Positions 1-8,150 of a DNA stretch of 32,000 bases are shown one piece after another. Under the pieces are notes generated by a model. It was not told the DNA's origin, did not search any database, and worked only from the letters and a program-made list of their open reading frames with translations. The position numbers were made by a program, and so were the translations under genes. The stretch spans positions 150,001 to 182,000 of the forward strand of contig NC_022349.1 in the NCBI RefSeq assembly GCF_000354175.2, written 5' to 3'. Numbering within the stretch: the first letter of the stretch is position 1; every line of letters starts with the position of its first letter. The stretch comes from Vibrio alginolyticus NBRC 15630 = ATCC 17749 (GTDB lineage: Bacteria; Pseudomonadota; Gammaproteobacteria; Enterobacterales; Vibrionaceae).

Positions 1-255
1 CCCTTTTTATGTAAGTGAAATCCGTGTTTTTGTACCATTTTTACGTAATTTTAGGCGTTTTTACTCGCCATTGGTGAAAAAAACTACTTTTACTTTAAAA
101 GTTGGTTATAAATTTACAACTTAATTTTAAATACAGAGCCATAAGCTGGTTTTTGTGTGTTCTAATTGCATCATTAACTGGCTTGATGTCTTTTTAGTGG
201 TTAATAGTTTTATTATTTTTATTAATTGCAGTGTTTGATTTTAAGGGTTTTGTAA

Positions 256-705
256 ATGAAGTCTCGTGGACCATTTTGTATTCGTCACGCCGCAGCGGAT
301 ACCTTTGCTATGGTTGTTTTTTGCTTTATCACAGGGATGATTGTCGAGATTTTGATTTCAGGGATGACATTTGAGCAATCTCTAGCATCGCGTACGCTAT
401 CGATTCCAGTGAATATCGCCATTGCTTGGCCGTATGGGGTTTTTCGTGATTGGGTGCTGCATCAAGGTAGTAAGGTGTCGCCGTCTTCCTTTATGAAAAA
501 CATCTCTGATCTGGTCGCTTATGTACTATTTCAATCTCCAGTTTATGCGGGTATCTTATTCGCGGTTGGCGCGTCTACAGATCAAATTGTGACCGCAGTG
601 GCAAGTAACGCTGTTATTTCTTGTGGCATGGGTGTGTTGTATGGGTACTTCTTGGATATGTGCCGCCGTTGGTTCCGTGTTCCCGGTTATTCTCAAAGCA
701 TGTAA
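256..705 (+). CDS. alaE: L-alanine exporter AlaE (small inner-membrane protein)
   Basis: 149-aa ORF nearly colinear with E. coli AlaE/YgaW as I recall it ([12 protein letters not shown], FEQS..SR...IPVN..IAWPYG..RD, FQSPVY, YGYFLD.CRR). Hydrophobic segments fit a small multi-TM protein. Confidence 0.85.
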   Translation: MKSRGPFCIRHAAADTFAMVVFCFITGMIVEILISGMTFEQSLASRTLSIPVNIAIAWPYGVFRDWVLHQGSKVSPSSFMKNISDLVAYVLFQSPVYAGILFAVGASTDQIVTAVASNAVISCGMGVLYGYFLDMCRRWFRVPGYSQSM

Positions 706-780
706 ATGCCCCAGTTTTGCTCAATTTAGTTACTTAGTGAGCAATCGATTCGAAAAGGGCGCTTTTTTTTATGTTTAGCC

Positions 781-808
781 TTGACCATCAGGCACATAAT
801 CATTAAAT
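781..808 (+). promoter_or_regulatory. Candidate sigma70 promoter for tRNA-Ser
   Basis: TTGACC (781-786), 16-nt spacer, TTAAAT (803-808), then a GC-rich discriminator-like GCGCC about 35 nt upstream of the tRNA 5' end. Pattern match only. Confidence 0.3.
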
Positions 809-849
809 TAGCGCCTCGTTAGCCAATGATGCTAACCAAAATTTGATTC

Positions 850-937
850 GGTGAGTTGTCCGAGTGGCTGAAGGAGCACGCCTGGAAAGTGTGTATACGG
901 CAACGTATCGAGAGTTCGAATCTCTCACTCACCGCCA
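850..937 (+). tRNA. tRNA-Ser, anticodon GGA, class II with long variable arm, CCA encoded
   Basis: 88 nt. Acceptor GGTGAGT pairs with ACTCACC. Anticodon loop is cCTGGAAAg (GGA). T arm is GAGAG-TTCGAAT-CTCTC. The 3' end is GCCA. Confidence 0.9.
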
Positions 938-974
938 CATTCTAAGAGGTCTGATTTATCAGGCCTTTTTTCGT
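903..974 (+). repeat. attL: left 72-bp direct repeat (last 35 nt of tRNA-Ser plus its terminator)
   Basis: 903-974 matches 4221-4292 at 70 of 72 positions. The first 42 bp (903-944 = 4221-4262) are identical. The only mismatches are 945-946 (AG) versus 4263-4264 (TA). Confidence 0.9.
947..971 (+). terminator. Rho-independent terminator after tRNA-Ser
   Basis: Hairpin AGGTCTGA..TCAGGCCT (one G.U pair) followed by a T6 run. Confidence 0.75.
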
Positions 975-1020
975 TTTTAAGGCTTATTGAGATAACGCTA
1001 GCCCACACTGGAGCTAACAC

Positions 1021-2145
1021 ATGTTATCGAATCAAAGGCTATCTTCTAGAAAATCACTTTACCTTATTACCAGTAGGACGGGTGTTTTTACGTTCCGCTG
1101 GAATCTTAGAGTTAATGGTAAACACCACCAGCCAACATTGAGTCTAAAAACGAGAGACTACCTCCAAGCGGTTAAGCTCGCGTCAGAAATAGCAATTCGC
1201 ATACAGCAAATTACTCTCCCAACCTTAGAAGACATCAAGTCAATCTACAGCGACTTCAAAGGCTCTCAGTCCAAGCAAGCTCTTTTGCTTCAGAGTATTG
1301 ATATCTCTAATCATCTAACAGACCTCAGTATCAAAAGCCAAACAGAATACAGAAACTGTTGGAATAGCTTTGTTAGCTCTGTAAGCCCATCAACGACGCT
1401 AGACAGTGTCAGACAGTCACACATTGAGCAATGGAAGAAAACCCAAACTTGTAGCCTTACTACTATGAAGAAGAAGCTTAGATTGCTGTCTAGTTGTTTC
1501 GGGAGAGTTGGTCATAAAGTAGAACAAGATTGGCTTAAAGTAGCAGTTGAAAAGACACCAGTTAGACCCAAGCGAGCTATAACCAAGCAGGAGCTAGGAA
1601 AGCTACTGAAAGCCACACAGTGCTATAAAAAGAGCAAGGATGAGTGGAAGTATTATCTTCCTCGCATAGCGGCTCTAACAGGCTGTAGGCTCAATGAAAT
1701 AGCTCAGTTGAGGGTAAGTGATGTTCAATTGGGAGATGAGCCAACATTGAGCATAAATGACGAGCATGATGATAAAAAACTAAAGAATTCATCGAGTAAA
1801 CGAGCCTTGCCAATTACTAATCCTTTACTGAATTTACTCAATGAGTTGGTTGCAGGTAAAGGAAAGAATGAACACTTATTCACTCTTCCATACAGTAAAC
1901 AGAATGGCTACTCAGGAAAGCCTAGTAAGTACTTCTCAGTGCTTCTAAAGTCTTTAGATATAAGAGGTGTGTCATTTCACTCTTTACGCCACTACGTGAT
2001 TACAGAGCTATTTAATGCAGGAGTGAAAGAAGAGCTGATAGGTTCACTGATGGGACATAGTGTAGGTAAGTTGACTACAGGTAAAGTTTATTTGTCGGGT
2101 TTTTCATTCGAGAATAAGTGTAAGGCTATGGCGGTGCTTTCGTAG
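1021..2145 (+). CDS. int: Tyrosine-type site-specific recombinase / phage integrase
   Basis: 374 aa. C-terminal catalytic signature is present: ALTGCRLNEIAQLRVSDV (Arg), HSLRHYVIT (H-x-x-R), GHS, and a terminal Tyr in GKVYL. It lies directly next to the tRNA attachment site. Confidence 0.9.
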   Translation: MLSNQRLSSRKSLYLITSRTGVFTFRWNLRVNGKHHQPTLSLKTRDYLQAVKLASEIAIRIQQITLPTLEDIKSIYSDFKGSQSKQALLLQSIDISNHLTDLSIKSQTEYRNCWNSFVSSVSPSTTLDSVRQSHIEQWKKTQTCSLTTMKKKLRLLSSCFGRVGHKVEQDWLKVAVEKTPVRPKRAITKQELGKLLKATQCYKKSKDEWKYYLPRIAALTGCRLNEIAQLRVSDVQLGDEPTLSINDEHDDKKLKNSSSKRALPITNPLLNLLNELVAGKGKNEHLFTLPYSKQNGYSGKPSKYFSVLLKSLDIRGVSFHSLRHYVITELFNAGVKEELIGSLMGHSVGKLTTGKVYLSGFSFENKCKAMAVLS

Positions 2146-2441
2146 GCGTATTCTGATTTTTATGTAATTGAGAATAATTAGTCTCTTTATGTTGTTTTAC
2201 TCTGTATTTTATCTGTATATCAATAACTCTAAAAATGGTAAGGGCCGTGTGGGAGCCCAAATACTTAGTAATAAGATTCTTGACTGATTTAGCGTTTGTG
2301 GGTCGTATGGTGATGATTTCTCACTTTCAGAGTCAACAGGAAAGACAATAAGTTTCGAGATTGGTGAGGCGGTATAGTTTTTAGGGTGAATTAATTGTTA
2401 AGGTATAGATTTTTGTTTATTTACTTTTTGGACGTAATTTT

Positions 2442-3089
2442 ATGATAGAGTGGAGTATTTCTCGCCTACCATTGCATGGTGTTTGGGGGATGGATAATGG
2501 TTGGTATGAGGTATTTCATAATATATTAGTACCAGAAGTACTTAGAGACGAAAAAAAGGAAAGCATTGAAACGACAGGTGGATATAGGTTGAATTTCGAA
2601 TACGGCAGACCAGTTCTTTATAGTGATGGTTTTGCTGATTGTGGTTTCGAAATGCACTCATTGAATAGAGTGTTTTTACCAGTGTTCCTAAAAAAAGAAA
2701 AAGAGTTGAATTGTGACTTAAGTCCATATGCGTTTATTTACATATTTGGATATACAGAATTTGATGAGTACGTTGTTAATAGTATTAAAAAGAAAAGAAG
2801 CTTTTTAAATTCATTAATTAATACGCGTAAAATGGAAGATTATAAAAAGTCAAAGTCATACCTAAAAGTTTTTTGTTGTATTTCTTGGTCTATTTCTCCC
2901 ATCGGTTTTAGAATAAAACCCATAGACAGAGAGCTGTTTGCTAATGATTGTTTTATAAATGATGATGAAAATGTTATCTACGAATCCCCATATATACTAG
3001 TTAATGAAGATATATGCGACAATGTTAATGATTATATAGATTTAGCTGCAATAGAATTGGCTAGATATACTAAGATGAAATTCTCGTAA
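2442..3089 (+). CDS. Hypothetical protein, island cargo, no recognisable domain
   Basis: 215-aa ORF, very AT-rich, with its own downstream terminator. No signal peptide or TM segment and no motif I recognise. Rich in W, F, Y, D, N and K. Confidence 0.6.
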   Translation: MIEWSISRLPLHGVWGMDNGWYEVFHNILVPEVLRDEKKESIETTGGYRLNFEYGRPVLYSDGFADCGFEMHSLNRVFLPVFLKKEKELNCDLSPYAFIYIFGYTEFDEYVVNSIKKKRSFLNSLINTRKMEDYKKSKSYLKVFCCISWSISPIGFRIKPIDRELFANDCFINDDENVIYESPYILVNEDICDNVNDYIDLAAIELARYTKMKFS

Positions 3090-3161
3090 TATTGATATAT
3101 ATATCATTACTCTGTTTTGCCATTTATTATGTGCATCCACTGGGAATGATTTGGTACACTA

Positions 3162-3196
3162 AAAGGGGAAGTATTATCATCCCCTTTCTTATTTTA
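3162..3196 (+). terminator. Rho-independent terminator after island ORF 2442-3089
   Basis: 8-bp stem AAAGGGGA/TCCCCTTT (3162-3169 / 3180-3187), 10-nt loop, followed by a T-rich tract. Confidence 0.6.
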
Positions 3197-3343
3197 CATC
3201 TTTGTCAGTGTTCGATTAACATTCTATTATTTTAAGTAGTAGGATTAATAATATGTTTCTTAGTATGTTTGTCTAAACTGTGTTAATAGGGGAAGATAAC
3301 TCAGTTTGCAAGGGTATGGTCATTAGTTTAGAGGGGGACGCAA

Positions 3344-3371
3344 CTCAAAGAAAGAAAGCCTCCGAAGAGGC
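3344..3371 (-). terminator. Rho-independent terminator after the wHTH gene
   Basis: On the minus strand, GCCTC-TTCG-GAGGC is followed by TTTCTTTCTTT, immediately after the stop at 3376. Confidence 0.65.
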
Positions 3372-3375
3372 AATC

Positions 3376-3921
3376 TTAGAACGGTGACTCTCTAGCCTCT
3401 AGTTCCTCACTTACAAAGTCATCCCACCAACTACTATTAGTATGTTGAGCTTGGACGCTGTTTGGATTTACCGTACTAACAGTACATCCTGATAAAATGT
3501 GGGAACTTTCAGATTTTGAACCATTATCCGTAAGAGATTCCAAGGTTTCAGCGTTATTAGGCTTAACTTCAGCGCTAAGTTCTTCTGTTTCTTTTTCCTT
3601 CAGTTTTGGAATCCCAATCCAAGTGTATAATTTCGAAGTAGAACCCCCATGAAGAGTGGTTCTATAACAACTCTTTATAAAGCCTAACTCCTCGAACTTC
3701 TTCAGTGCACGATTAACTGCTACCGTAGAACAGCAAGCTTTATCTGCGAGAGTCCTTTGACTTGGATAGCAGGTAAACACGTTCTTTTTCTCTTTGTCGC
3801 CAAGGAATCGAGAAAGGGATAGCAACACCAACTTTTCAGTTGGGGTTGTTCCGTGAGACTGCTTTAGATTTGCATCCATGATTTGGCTTGTGATAGAAAA
3901 TTGATTTCTAGTCATAGACAA
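3376..3921 (-). CDS. Winged helix-turn-helix protein (HTH_36-like; island regulator or replication-associated protein)
   Basis: 181 aa. The segment TPTEKLVLLSLSRF....CYPSQRTLADKACCSTVAVNRALKKFEELGFIK matches the pattern I recall for PF13730-type HTH proteins of phages and plasmids. The C-terminal tail is Ser-rich and acidic. Confidence 0.55.
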   Translation of the reverse strand: MSMTRNQFSITSQIMDANLKQSHGTTPTEKLVLLSLSRFLGDKEKKNVFTCYPSQRTLADKACCSTVAVNRALKKFEELGFIKSCYRTTLHGGSTSKLYTWIGIPKLKEKETEELSAEVKPNNAETLESLTDNGSKSESSHILSGCTVSTVNPNSVQAQHTNSSWWDDFVSEELEARESPF

Positions 3922-3990
3922 TAGTTCCTAATGTGCAAGGTAACTACGGATTGCTCCAAACATTTTCAGCATGCATCTATGTGTATCCAC

Positions 3991-4048
3991 AATTCCATAT
4001 GTGAAAGATAATTCCATCAAAACTACTAACTACTGTTAAGATGGAACT
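3991..4048. repeat. Operator-like repeats upstream of the wHTH gene
   Basis: AATTCCAT at 3991-3998 and 4010-4017. An inverted 7/8 copy, ATGGAACT, at 4041-4048. Tandem AACTACT x2 at 4021-4034. Confidence 0.3.
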
Positions 4049-4220
4049 GTAAGTCTAACTGCAAGGACGATGAAAAAAGTCAGCATAATGTCTATTTTTT
4101 CGTTAGAATAAGCACACACAGCAGCATACACTAACATGCTAGTTTTGTTTTCTCAGTGCAGATAAGTCATTGACCTATATACGGCACATCGCCGTCAGGT
4201 GATGGTGAAAGCGTAGCTTT

Positions 4221-4292
4221 ACGTATCGAGAGTTCGAATCTCTCACTCACCGCCACATTCTATAAGGTCTGATTTATCAGGCCTTTTTTCGT
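4221..4292 (+). repeat. attR: right 72-bp direct repeat (displaced tRNA-Ser 3' end plus terminator copy)
   Basis: See attL. It contains the T arm, 3' acceptor strand, CCA and a second copy of the terminator hairpin (4265-4289), but has no tRNA 5' half. Confidence 0.9.
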
Positions 4293-4528
4293 ATCTACAC
4301 TAAAGTAATGCGTAATTGAAAGTACACAAGAGTGCTCAAGGTGCAAGCGCCATTCTATCTACAAGCCAACTATTCACATCTCACCTCTATACAACGCCAA
4401 AATTGAAGATGCTATACAGAGGCAGCCATAATCTGATTGGTGCGGGTTAGCACATCCGCTTTAATCTAGAATTTAGCACCCATATCACATGAGGTATGAA
4501 TACGGCCACAAGAATGAACGTAGTGCTA

Positions 4529-4657
4529 CTAGATGCTAAGCAAAACAGCCATGAACACGAATACAACAGCAATCATACCAAAGAGATCTGTGTTTAGATT
4601 GAGGTCATCAGGGTTAAATTTTTCAATGCTTTGCGTCGTTTTGCATCTTATCTTCAT
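4529..4657 (-). CDS. Possible 42-aa tail-anchored small membrane protein
   Basis: Hand-translated: MKIRCKTTQSIEKFNPDDLNLNTDLFGMIAVVFVFMAVLLSI. AAGGA lies 7 nt upstream of the ATG. The C-terminal 15 residues are uniformly hydrophobic. No homology is known to me. Confidence 0.25.
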   Translation of the reverse strand: MKIRCKTTQSIEKFNPDDLNLNTDLFGMIAVVFVFMAVLLSI

Positions 4658-4957
4658 GTTCTTGTCCTTATTTCATGTACGATTTCAACAGCAACATAAC
4701 ATGCAATTGAGTGTTCACAAGTCATAAAAAGCATAAGTATACTTGCACCACATTGAGCGCAAAAAATACTCAAAGCGTTTTAAAGTGGCGGTCTACCTTT
4801 TGTAACATCAAATATTCTTTCTGTTTTTGTGCCTGTATCGCTATAGTTGAGAAACGGTTATCTCGTTCTAGTTAGGAACAAACTACTGGCTGCCGCTACA
4901 TTCTCTAAGCGTTCCCACTCAGTCGCCTTGGGTAGATACTTTAGTCGTTGAGTACTG

Positions 4958-4984
4958 CAAAAAAACGCCGCATGAGCAGCGGCG
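4958..4984 (-). terminator. Rho-independent terminator of the bd-oxidase operon
   Basis: On the minus strand, CGCCGC-TGCTCAT-GCGGCG is followed by T7, about 20 nt after the subunit II stop. Confidence 0.8.
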
Positions 4985-5006
4985 CTTTGTTGAGGAATTC
5001 CCTTTC

Positions 5007-5999
5007 CTACTTGTAGCTAAGTTCTGTCGCTTTGCCTTTGAAGATCCGGTATACCACAAAGGTGTAAAGCAATATCACCGGCATAACAATCATCACACCG
5101 TAGCCCACGATTATTAACGTCGCAGGCGAGGAGGCAGCTTGTTGTGCGGTCATTAATCCCGGCACAACTTCTGGGAAGAAGCTATACGCAAGCCCGAGAA
5201 AGCTCAACGCGAAAATGACAGTGACACCAAAGAAAGGCCAGCGCACACCCAGATCATTCACCATTGGAACCTGACGCAAATAGCGATCAACTAGGAAGAT
5301 GGTTGCCAATACAATTAACGGAACTGGGGCAAGCAACAAGATTTCTGGGAAGCTGAACCAACGCAAGGCAACTTGTTGATTTACAATTGGGTTTACAACG
5401 CTAACCACCAAGATTCCTAAGGCTGCTAACCAACCAGCACGGCGAGACCAACGGGCCGAGCGTATTTGCAAATCACCTTCCGTTTTTAGTACTAACCATG
5501 CGCCACCGATGTAAACGTACGCCGCCGCTACACAAAGTGCGCTTAACCAAGCAAAGCCAAATGCTTCGGTTGATTGTTCAAATCCCATGATGTAACGACC
5601 CACCATGTAGCCTTGGGTTAGCGCGGTGACTAACGAGCCAATTCTGAAGCACCAATCCCAGTGAGGTTTATGATCCGAGTTCGCTTTGGCTCGGAAGTCG
5701 AACGCCACGCCACGCATGATCAGTGCGATAAGCATAATCGCGGTCGGCATATAAAGTTCCGTCAAAATCAAGCTATGAGCAGTAGGAAAGGCAATCAGCA
5801 GAATACCGACGGCTAACACCAACCACGTTTCATTCGCATCCCAGAAAGGGCCGATAGACGCTATCATTCGGTCACGTTGCGCTTCATTATCACTCGGTAA
5901 AAGGATACCGACGCCAAGATCGTAGCCGTCGAGCACGGCATACATAAAGACCGAGAAGCCAAGCAGCAGAAGATAAATTTCTGGTAGATAGTCGAGCAT
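5007..5999 (-). CDS. cydB: Cytochrome bd-type quinol oxidase subunit II (CydB/CioB family)
   Basis: 330-aa polytopic membrane protein. The N-terminus LLGFSVFMYAVLDGYDLGVG and WDANETW are typical of CydB. It starts 2 nt downstream of subunit I. Confidence 0.85.
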   Translation of the reverse strand: MLDYLPEIYLLLLGFSVFMYAVLDGYDLGVGILLPSDNEAQRDRMIASIGPFWDANETWLVLAVGILLIAFPTAHSLILTELYMPTAIMLIALIMRGVAFDFRAKANSDHKPHWDWCFRIGSLVTALTQGYMVGRYIMGFEQSTEAFGFAWLSALCVAAAYVYIGGAWLVLKTEGDLQIRSARWSRRAGWLAALGILVVSVVNPIVNQQVALRWFSFPEILLLAPVPLIVLATIFLVDRYLRQVPMVNDLGVRWPFFGVTVIFALSFLGLAYSFFPEVVPGLMTAQQAASSPATLIIVGYGVMIVMPVILLYTFVVYRIFKGKATELSYK

Positions 6000-6001
6000 G
6001 A

Positions 6002-7333
6002 TTAGGCCTCTTGTTGTGTCAGTGGGACTTCATGGGCTGCAACGTCTTTGCGCGCCAAATAGAATAGGGTATGGATGTACGCAACCAGCAATGCAGCATA
6101 AATGGCTAAGTACATAATGAGCGAAGTCATCACGCTACTGCTCGCAACCGTGGTGACGGCTTCGGATGTTCGCAATACACCGCTGACCAACCAAGGTTGT
6201 CGACCAATCTCAGTAACATACCAACCCGCCAGTGTGGCTATCCAACCAGAGAACGTCATGGCTAATACCGTGTACAGGTAAGGTTTAGGTAGCGCTTTTT
6301 TACGTGCTAGCTTCACCGCGCCATACCAGCTAACAAGCAACATAAGGACACCAACACCAACCATCACGCGGAAACCAAAGAACAAGGGCTTCACTGGCGG
6401 GTGGTCAGGTGCAAACTCGTTAAGTCCTTGGATTTCCCCATCTAAGTCATGCGTAAGAATCAAACTCGCCAGCTTTGGGATGCCCACTTCAAAATCATTG
6501 CTGCGAGTTTCTTCATTTGGCATCGCAAACAGAAGAAGAGGCGCGCCTTGCTCGGTCTCCCACACGCCTTCCATCGCTGCGATTTTTGCAGGTTGATGTT
6601 CAAGCGTGTTTAACCCGTGAAGGTCACCGACAAAGATTTGAATTGGGATGAATCCAGCCGCCGCGAACAGCGCGACTTTTAGGCCAAGTTTGGCTGAGCG
6701 GTGATCTGGCTTTTTCATTATTTGATAAGCTGAGATACCCGCAATCAAGAAGCTGGCAGTCAGCGCCGATGCTAATAGCGTGTGCAGAAGACGGTAAGGT
6801 AAAGAAGGATTGAAAATAACTTCCTTCCAACTGGTTACATGTACAATTCCGTCAATCACTTCATAGCCACTTGGTGTGTGCATCCAGCTGTTAAGCACTA
6901 GAATCCAAAACGCGGACATACTTGTCCCAACAGCAACCAGAACGGTGGCGAGAGTATGAACCCATTCCGGCACTCGTCCTCGTCCAAAAAGCATCACGCC
7001 AAGGAAGGTGGCTTCCATAAAGAAGGCGGTCATCACTTCGTATCCGAGCAATGGTCCTGCTACGTTACCGACTCGTTCCATAAAGCCTGGCCAGTTGGTA
7101 CCAAACTGGAAACTCATCGTAATGCCGGATACTACACCTAAGGCGAAAGTAAGAGCGAATATCTTGACCCAGAAGTAATAAACATCGAGCCATACGGGGG
7201 CTTGGGTGCGGTTATATCGCCACTTGAAAAACACCAACATCCATGCCAACGCGATGGTGATGGTCGGGAAGAGAATGTGAAAGCTGATATTGGCCGCGAA
7301 CTGGATCCGCGACAGCATGAGGGTATCTAACAT
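6002..7333 (-). CDS. cydA: Cytochrome bd-type quinol oxidase subunit I, short Q-loop (CydA/CioA family)
   Basis: 443 aa. SRIQFAANISFHILFPTITIALAW, GYEVMTAFFMEATFLG and the GRQPW motif are present. It is clearly shorter than the 522-aa E. coli CydA, consistent with a CIO-type enzyme. Confidence 0.88.
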   Translation of the reverse strand: MLDTLMLSRIQFAANISFHILFPTITIALAWMLVFFKWRYNRTQAPVWLDVYYFWVKIFALTFALGVVSGITMSFQFGTNWPGFMERVGNVAGPLLGYEVMTAFFMEATFLGVMLFGRGRVPEWVHTLATVLVAVGTSMSAFWILVLNSWMHTPSGYEVIDGIVHVTSWKEVIFNPSLPYRLLHTLLASALTASFLIAGISAYQIMKKPDHRSAKLGLKVALFAAAGFIPIQIFVGDLHGLNTLEHQPAKIAAMEGVWETEQGAPLLLFAMPNEETRSNDFEVGIPKLASLILTHDLDGEIQGLNEFAPDHPPVKPLFFGFRVMVGVGVLMLLVSWYGAVKLARKKALPKPYLYTVLAMTFSGWIATLAGWYVTEIGRQPWLVSGVLRTSEAVTTVASSSVMTSLIMYLAIYAALLVAYIHTLFYLARKDVAAHEVPLTQQEA

Positions 7334-7453
7334 CTTGGTTCCTCAAAAACGTGCCATACTAAAAATCGTGTCTATCTGTAATTTAGTTACGAAAAGTCGG
7401 GCAGTTTGGATTCATGTATCGAGAAATACAGGTGATTCTGTTTTCTTCTAACC

Positions 7454-7467
7454 ATGATTTATATCAA
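7454..7467. promoter_or_regulatory. Candidate FNR/CRP-family box upstream of the bd-oxidase operon
   Basis: ATGAT-TTAT-ATCAA matches the FNR consensus TTGAT-N4-ATCAA at 9 of 10 positions. It lies about 125 bp upstream of the subunit I start codon. Confidence 0.35.
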
Positions 7468-8093
7468 CTAAGGGAAAGAAAGGAGTGTAGGAAATTGTCT
7501 CAAAATGCCACTAATAGTCGCGAGAAGTGAGTAAAAGAAAGCAAATGTAACTGAAGGAGCATGGATTAAGATTAGTTCGAATTATCCTTATGATGGTTTC
7601 GATAATCCTGAAATAAAATTACAAAAACAATATTTTTAGTAAGGAAAATTGCCTTGCCTTCACTTTGAACCTCCATACTATTTATACACTAGTCATGTCG
7701 AGATCATCTCAAACACAGCAAACTTACTGGCAGTTAAGGTGGGAAACTTTAGCTAATTGATAAACTTAAAATTGCACTGCTAATGACATATGCATCATAA
7801 GTTCGTTAGCACTCGACCAGAAGTGCGATAGGCTACATTTTTATACTAGCGAACGATTTGGCGCTAGGTAATTCGGCTTTCACTAGATCAACAAGTCGAC
7901 TGCGGACCATTTTCGATTTCTGATGAGTTTCAATCCAAACTGACACTTACTTTTCAGCAAGTGTGCTAGTGTCTTTCTTATTATTTATTAAATAATTAAT
8001 AGATGCCGATATGGTAAAGAGAGTTGTGGACAGCTATCTCGAGCAGTAGACTGGCGCTAGCCAGAGAGTCTGACTTTGAGGGGGGCATTCTAC

Positions 8094-8150
8094 ATGAATT
8101 TTGGATTCTGCCACCGCAAAGCTGATATTGAATTTGATGGAGATGGATAA
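8094..8150 (+). CDS. Possible 18-codon upstream ORF coupled to the next gene
   Basis: MNFGFCHRKADIEFDGDG. A strong SD, GAGGGGG, lies 8 nt upstream. Its stop overlaps the next start (TAATG at 8148-8152). Confidence 0.25.
   Translation: MNFGFCHRKADIEFDGDG

Larger units (their letters stand above)
903..4292. mobile_element. Small tRNA-Ser-integrated genomic island (repeat unit ~3.3 kb): integrase, orphan ORF and wHTH protein
   Basis: Direct repeats duplicate the tRNA 3' end. A tyrosine integrase gene starts 47 bp inside attL. The interior is visibly more AT-rich than the flanking core genes. Confidence 0.85.

Noticed and set aside
744-772. Possible terminator after alaE (AAAAGGGCGC followed by T8).
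   Set aside because: There is a long T-run, but I could not draw a convincing stem immediately upstream, so I did not report it as a feature.
2542-2727. 61-aa minus-strand ORF inside the island cargo gene.
   Set aside because: It is antisense within a longer ORF in AT-rich DNA, where stop-free antisense stretches of this size are expected by chance.
4198-4257. Possible second or truncated tRNA gene at attR. GGTGATG at 4198 could partly pair with the ACTCACC acceptor strand.
   Set aside because: Only 60 nt are available, with no D arm or anticodon arm, and only 5 of 7 acceptor pairs form. It is the displaced 3' tRNA fragment expected at an att site, not a functional tRNA.
4533-4727. 64-aa plus-strand ORF in the gap beside attR.
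   Set aside because: No SD, low-complexity composition, and it overlaps the SD-preceded 42-aa ORF on the opposite strand. Most likely non-coding.
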